64,000 nt of DNA from assembly GCA_964199315.1 (NCBI GenBank), contig OZ116698.1, positions 5,828,001 to 5,892,000 on the forward strand. The letters are read 5' to 3'. The notes under the pieces are model-generated. The model searched no databases. It was not told the origin of the DNA and saw only the letters and a program-made list of their open reading frames with translations. The translations under genes and the position numbers were made by a program. This DNA is from Orbicella franksi (taxonomy: Eukaryota). Positions 61,356 to 64,000 of the stretch are shown one piece after another (position 1 is the stretch's first letter; every line of letters begins with the position of its first letter).

Positions 61356-63805
61356 GTGCTGTTTATGTTAGGGATCACCGTTTCATTCGTCCGGGGATTC
61401 GATGAAGGTGAGAAGTTTACGACTTGTGTAATCCTTAATTTTCTGCTAATTTAGGAAGTTAATATGCATGCGCTCGCTAATTGGTGATCACTAGTACAGA
61501 GTCTGTTTGTCTGTACAGTTGACCCGGGCATGCTATTTTAGGAGACACAAAATGGCACGAGACCTAAAAATGTTGATTCAAAAATAACAATGACAATAAA
61601 TGGGCTAAAAATATTTATCAGGAACCCTAAAAAGACTGAAAACATACTAAACGGCAGACACGGTCAATTCTTTCATCCAGTTTAAAACGGTTTGCAAAGC
61701 ATTTACGAAGTCTACAGTGTTAAGAAATTTTCCCTTCTTTTAATTTCCTGAGAGTTTTTGTGTTCGAAGTTAGTTTGGAACTCGAAGTTAAATACGAAAG
61801 GAAAGAATGCAATTGCTGAAAATAGCATGATTCCGTCTTCTTCACGGAGAGCGTAGCTTGAAAACATTTCACCGATTTTTGTTCAAGTTCCTTGTTCCAA
61901 AAATCCGTCTAAATCTTCCCCACTCAAAACCAACTTTGTATCATTTTGATTAAATCTATGGAGCTGTCGATATTTCCATCATGTCAACAGGCTTTTTTTG
62001 GAATTTTATTATTTCGTCTTACTGCCCGCCGATTTGTTTTAAAACCACTCTTGGGTGCAAACGGGTCATGTATTTGGACTTACTAACTTACAAGTACAAA
62101 CCCGAGAGAGATGCAATCCATTTTTTTTTTATCCCTACTTGAGATCTCATCTCAGAACTGCAACTGCTCTGAAAAGCTTTCTTAGAAAAAAAAAACGCTC
62201 TTAAGGTGTATCGAGTAAATATAACAACTACTCTTTTCCGGTTAATAAACAATTATTGGATGAGGTTTTTGTGATATCCGGAATAATCAAGGTCGAGGTA
62301 AGTGTTATCAGCCTCAGCCTTCGGCTTCGGCTGATAACACTAACCGAATCTAATAATTGTTTTATTATACATTGTTTTAAAGAAAATAATGACAAACGCA
62401 TTATCGCACCGAACGCAGTTTATTTTCGACAAGCCATGTTCTTACTTCGCTGTCCGTGAGCTCGATATTGCTCTTGGAAATCCTTTCACTGCGCGCGCAA
62501 CCTACAGATAATCCACTAATCTGCTAGCAGATTAGTGAGTAATCTGTAGGTTGCGCTGTTTCCCAGAATTAATCGTCCATCTGAAGACAGATGGACGATA
62601 AAGACGATGATGTAGGAATTTCTATGGACATGCTCCTTTTCGTTGACACTGCACCTCACGAACAAGTCACGCTAAGGACAATCGTCACGTGGATATGCAC
62701 TTAATTTATAATTGCTCAGAGATGGTTATATGATTACTGACCGACACATCAATGGTTGATTTATCCTTAGCAACAGTTTCTAGCAAGAGAACTTGCGAGT
62801 CAGTTGTAAAGGAATTGGTTCAACATCCTCCCCTCCACGTCGCCATAAAGCACTGCTGTAACTACTCCACAGTGACATATGAATGTATCAATGGCTACCA
62901 ACTTGGTCAGGGAGACAGAATTAGGCGCTGTTTAGAAGGCAAACTGCTTGGGAAAGAGCCTAGCTGTAGATTTCCAAAAGGTAGGGAACACTGAAAACGA
63001 AACGGCTTATTTGCCACGTCCCGTTTTCCATTCCCCCTCAAGGCATTTTTCAAATTTGACAGTTGAGCTGCATGTACGCAAGAATAATTCCCTAAGTGAT
63101 CTTCACACTGTATTTTGTCAGCTGGTCAGCCAACAAGAGAGACAACCCTTCACTGGTGACTACCAGTCTACCGTCCTTTGCTATCAAACAATTCTCCTTA
63201 GGAACCTTACAAAACATTCTTTAGAGTCCCTCACATACCTTAAGACTACTAAGTGTAAAACGTTAAGTAATTATGTATGTAATGTTTCTTCTTGAATTTC
63301 CCCATCATTAGCATGAATAACAATGATATTTGCTCGAAATAGTTTAGAAACGCAAACACCAAAAATCAACACAAAACAAAACGAAACTGCTGGAACAACA
63401 ATAAACTACTCTTTGTAGAGCGACACGTTCGACTGTACCGCAGACTCGAGGTGACGAGAAAATCCTCAACTAGTTGAGGATTTTCTCATTACCTTGAGCC
63501 TGCGGTACAGGATTGCGAATTAATGATTTGGATGTACTTCCTTACGTTTTTTTTTCTCGAACTCAGTATCATATAAAACAATGAAGGTCACTTTTCACCG
63601 AATTCTTGGCTTCTTTAATAATTCTTGTTGCTAGTTACGAGCTGTGGTAACCCAGGATCAATCCGCCGTGGATACTTCATCGGATCTGATTTCAGTATTG
63701 GTCGTACCGTGGAATACAAATGCGCCCGCGGTTACAAACTACATGGCCCAGCGATTAGTGTATGTAAGAAGCATGGAACATGGACTGCTCGGCCGGCGTG
63801 TGTAG
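61356..63805 (+). CDS. 5' part of a secreted or membrane sushi/CCP (complement control protein) domain gene; continues past the window end
   Basis: Exons 61356-61407 (VLFMLGITVSFVRGFDE, signal-peptide end, phase 0-1), 62771-62980 (atypical CCP, phase 1-1) and 63635-63805 (canonical CCP: CGNPG...GRTVEYKCARGYKLHG...C...G.W...P.C, phase 1-1). Start exon tentatively 56510-56596. Confidence 0.8.
62248..62560. mobile_element. Palindromic non-autonomous element with a terminal CTAG-centred hairpin
   Basis: AACAATTATTGGAT... start, hairpin core GTTATCAGCC...GGCTGATAAC, and a loopless palindrome at 62495-62556 centred on CTGCTAGCAG. Confidence 0.55.
63433..63510. repeat. 78-bp loopless palindrome centred on CAACTAGTTG in a sushi-gene intron
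   Basis: CTGTACCGCAGACTCGAGGTGACGAGAAAATCCTCAAC|TA|GTTGAGGATTTTCTCATTACCTTGAGCCTGCGGTACAG. Confidence 0.8.
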
Positions 63806-64000
63806 GTATGTTACTGAGCTGTTATAGTCAGCTCAGGAATGACGGCTTGCATATTACGGCGGAAAAGTGAACCTAGAGGGTTCACTAAACTGATTAGCTG
63901 CTAAACTGATTAGGGAAGTCTTCGCATTGAACCTTATGGCGACAAAAAAGGAAAAAGGCTTCGCAAAAAAAAAGGAAAATGGAACAGTATTTTTACAAAG

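Noticed and set aside
61136-61405. Hydrophobic 89-aa ORF as the sushi gene's signal peptide
   Set aside because: It is out of frame with the 61356-61407 exon that is phase-compatible with the sushi exons; the hydrophobicity reflects T-rich intronic sequence.

Overview
Eukaryotic, AT-rich, intron-containing animal DNA. The repeat families and GPCR type point to a cnidarian, most likely a stony coral (inference). Left to right: (1) a small single-exon coiled-coil gene behind a CRE+TATA promoter (711-1235); (2) a triple-nested transposon (TA-MITE > TTAA Kolobok-like THAP element > SINE, 2997-4383); (3) a ~19 kb minus-strand tandem array of two-exon class A (rhodopsin-like, neuropeptide-receptor-type) GPCRs (4.5-23.8 kb). 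The array has two intact copies, one frameshifted copy, an orphan duplicated promoter+exon 1 and three relics of an older GPCR paralogue, interleaved with DIRS, LINE and MITE debris. (4) the centromeric histone CENP-A gene (26518-30519), with a candidate 6-nt microexon; (5) an intronless RING-variant/polyproline ORF (31694-32175); (6) a complete 24-exon, 805-aa DENND1/connecdenn gene (36029-48961); (7) a repeat-rich spacer; (8) the 5' exons of a secreted sushi/CCP-domain gene that runs off the right end. No rRNA, tRNA or CRISPR array was found. The most unusual signal is the GPCR array: its intracellular segments are identical between paralogues even at silent sites while the extracellular loops diverge, and it carries a spare first exon. 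All gene models were built by eye from GT-AG signals and reading-frame continuity; no database search was run.
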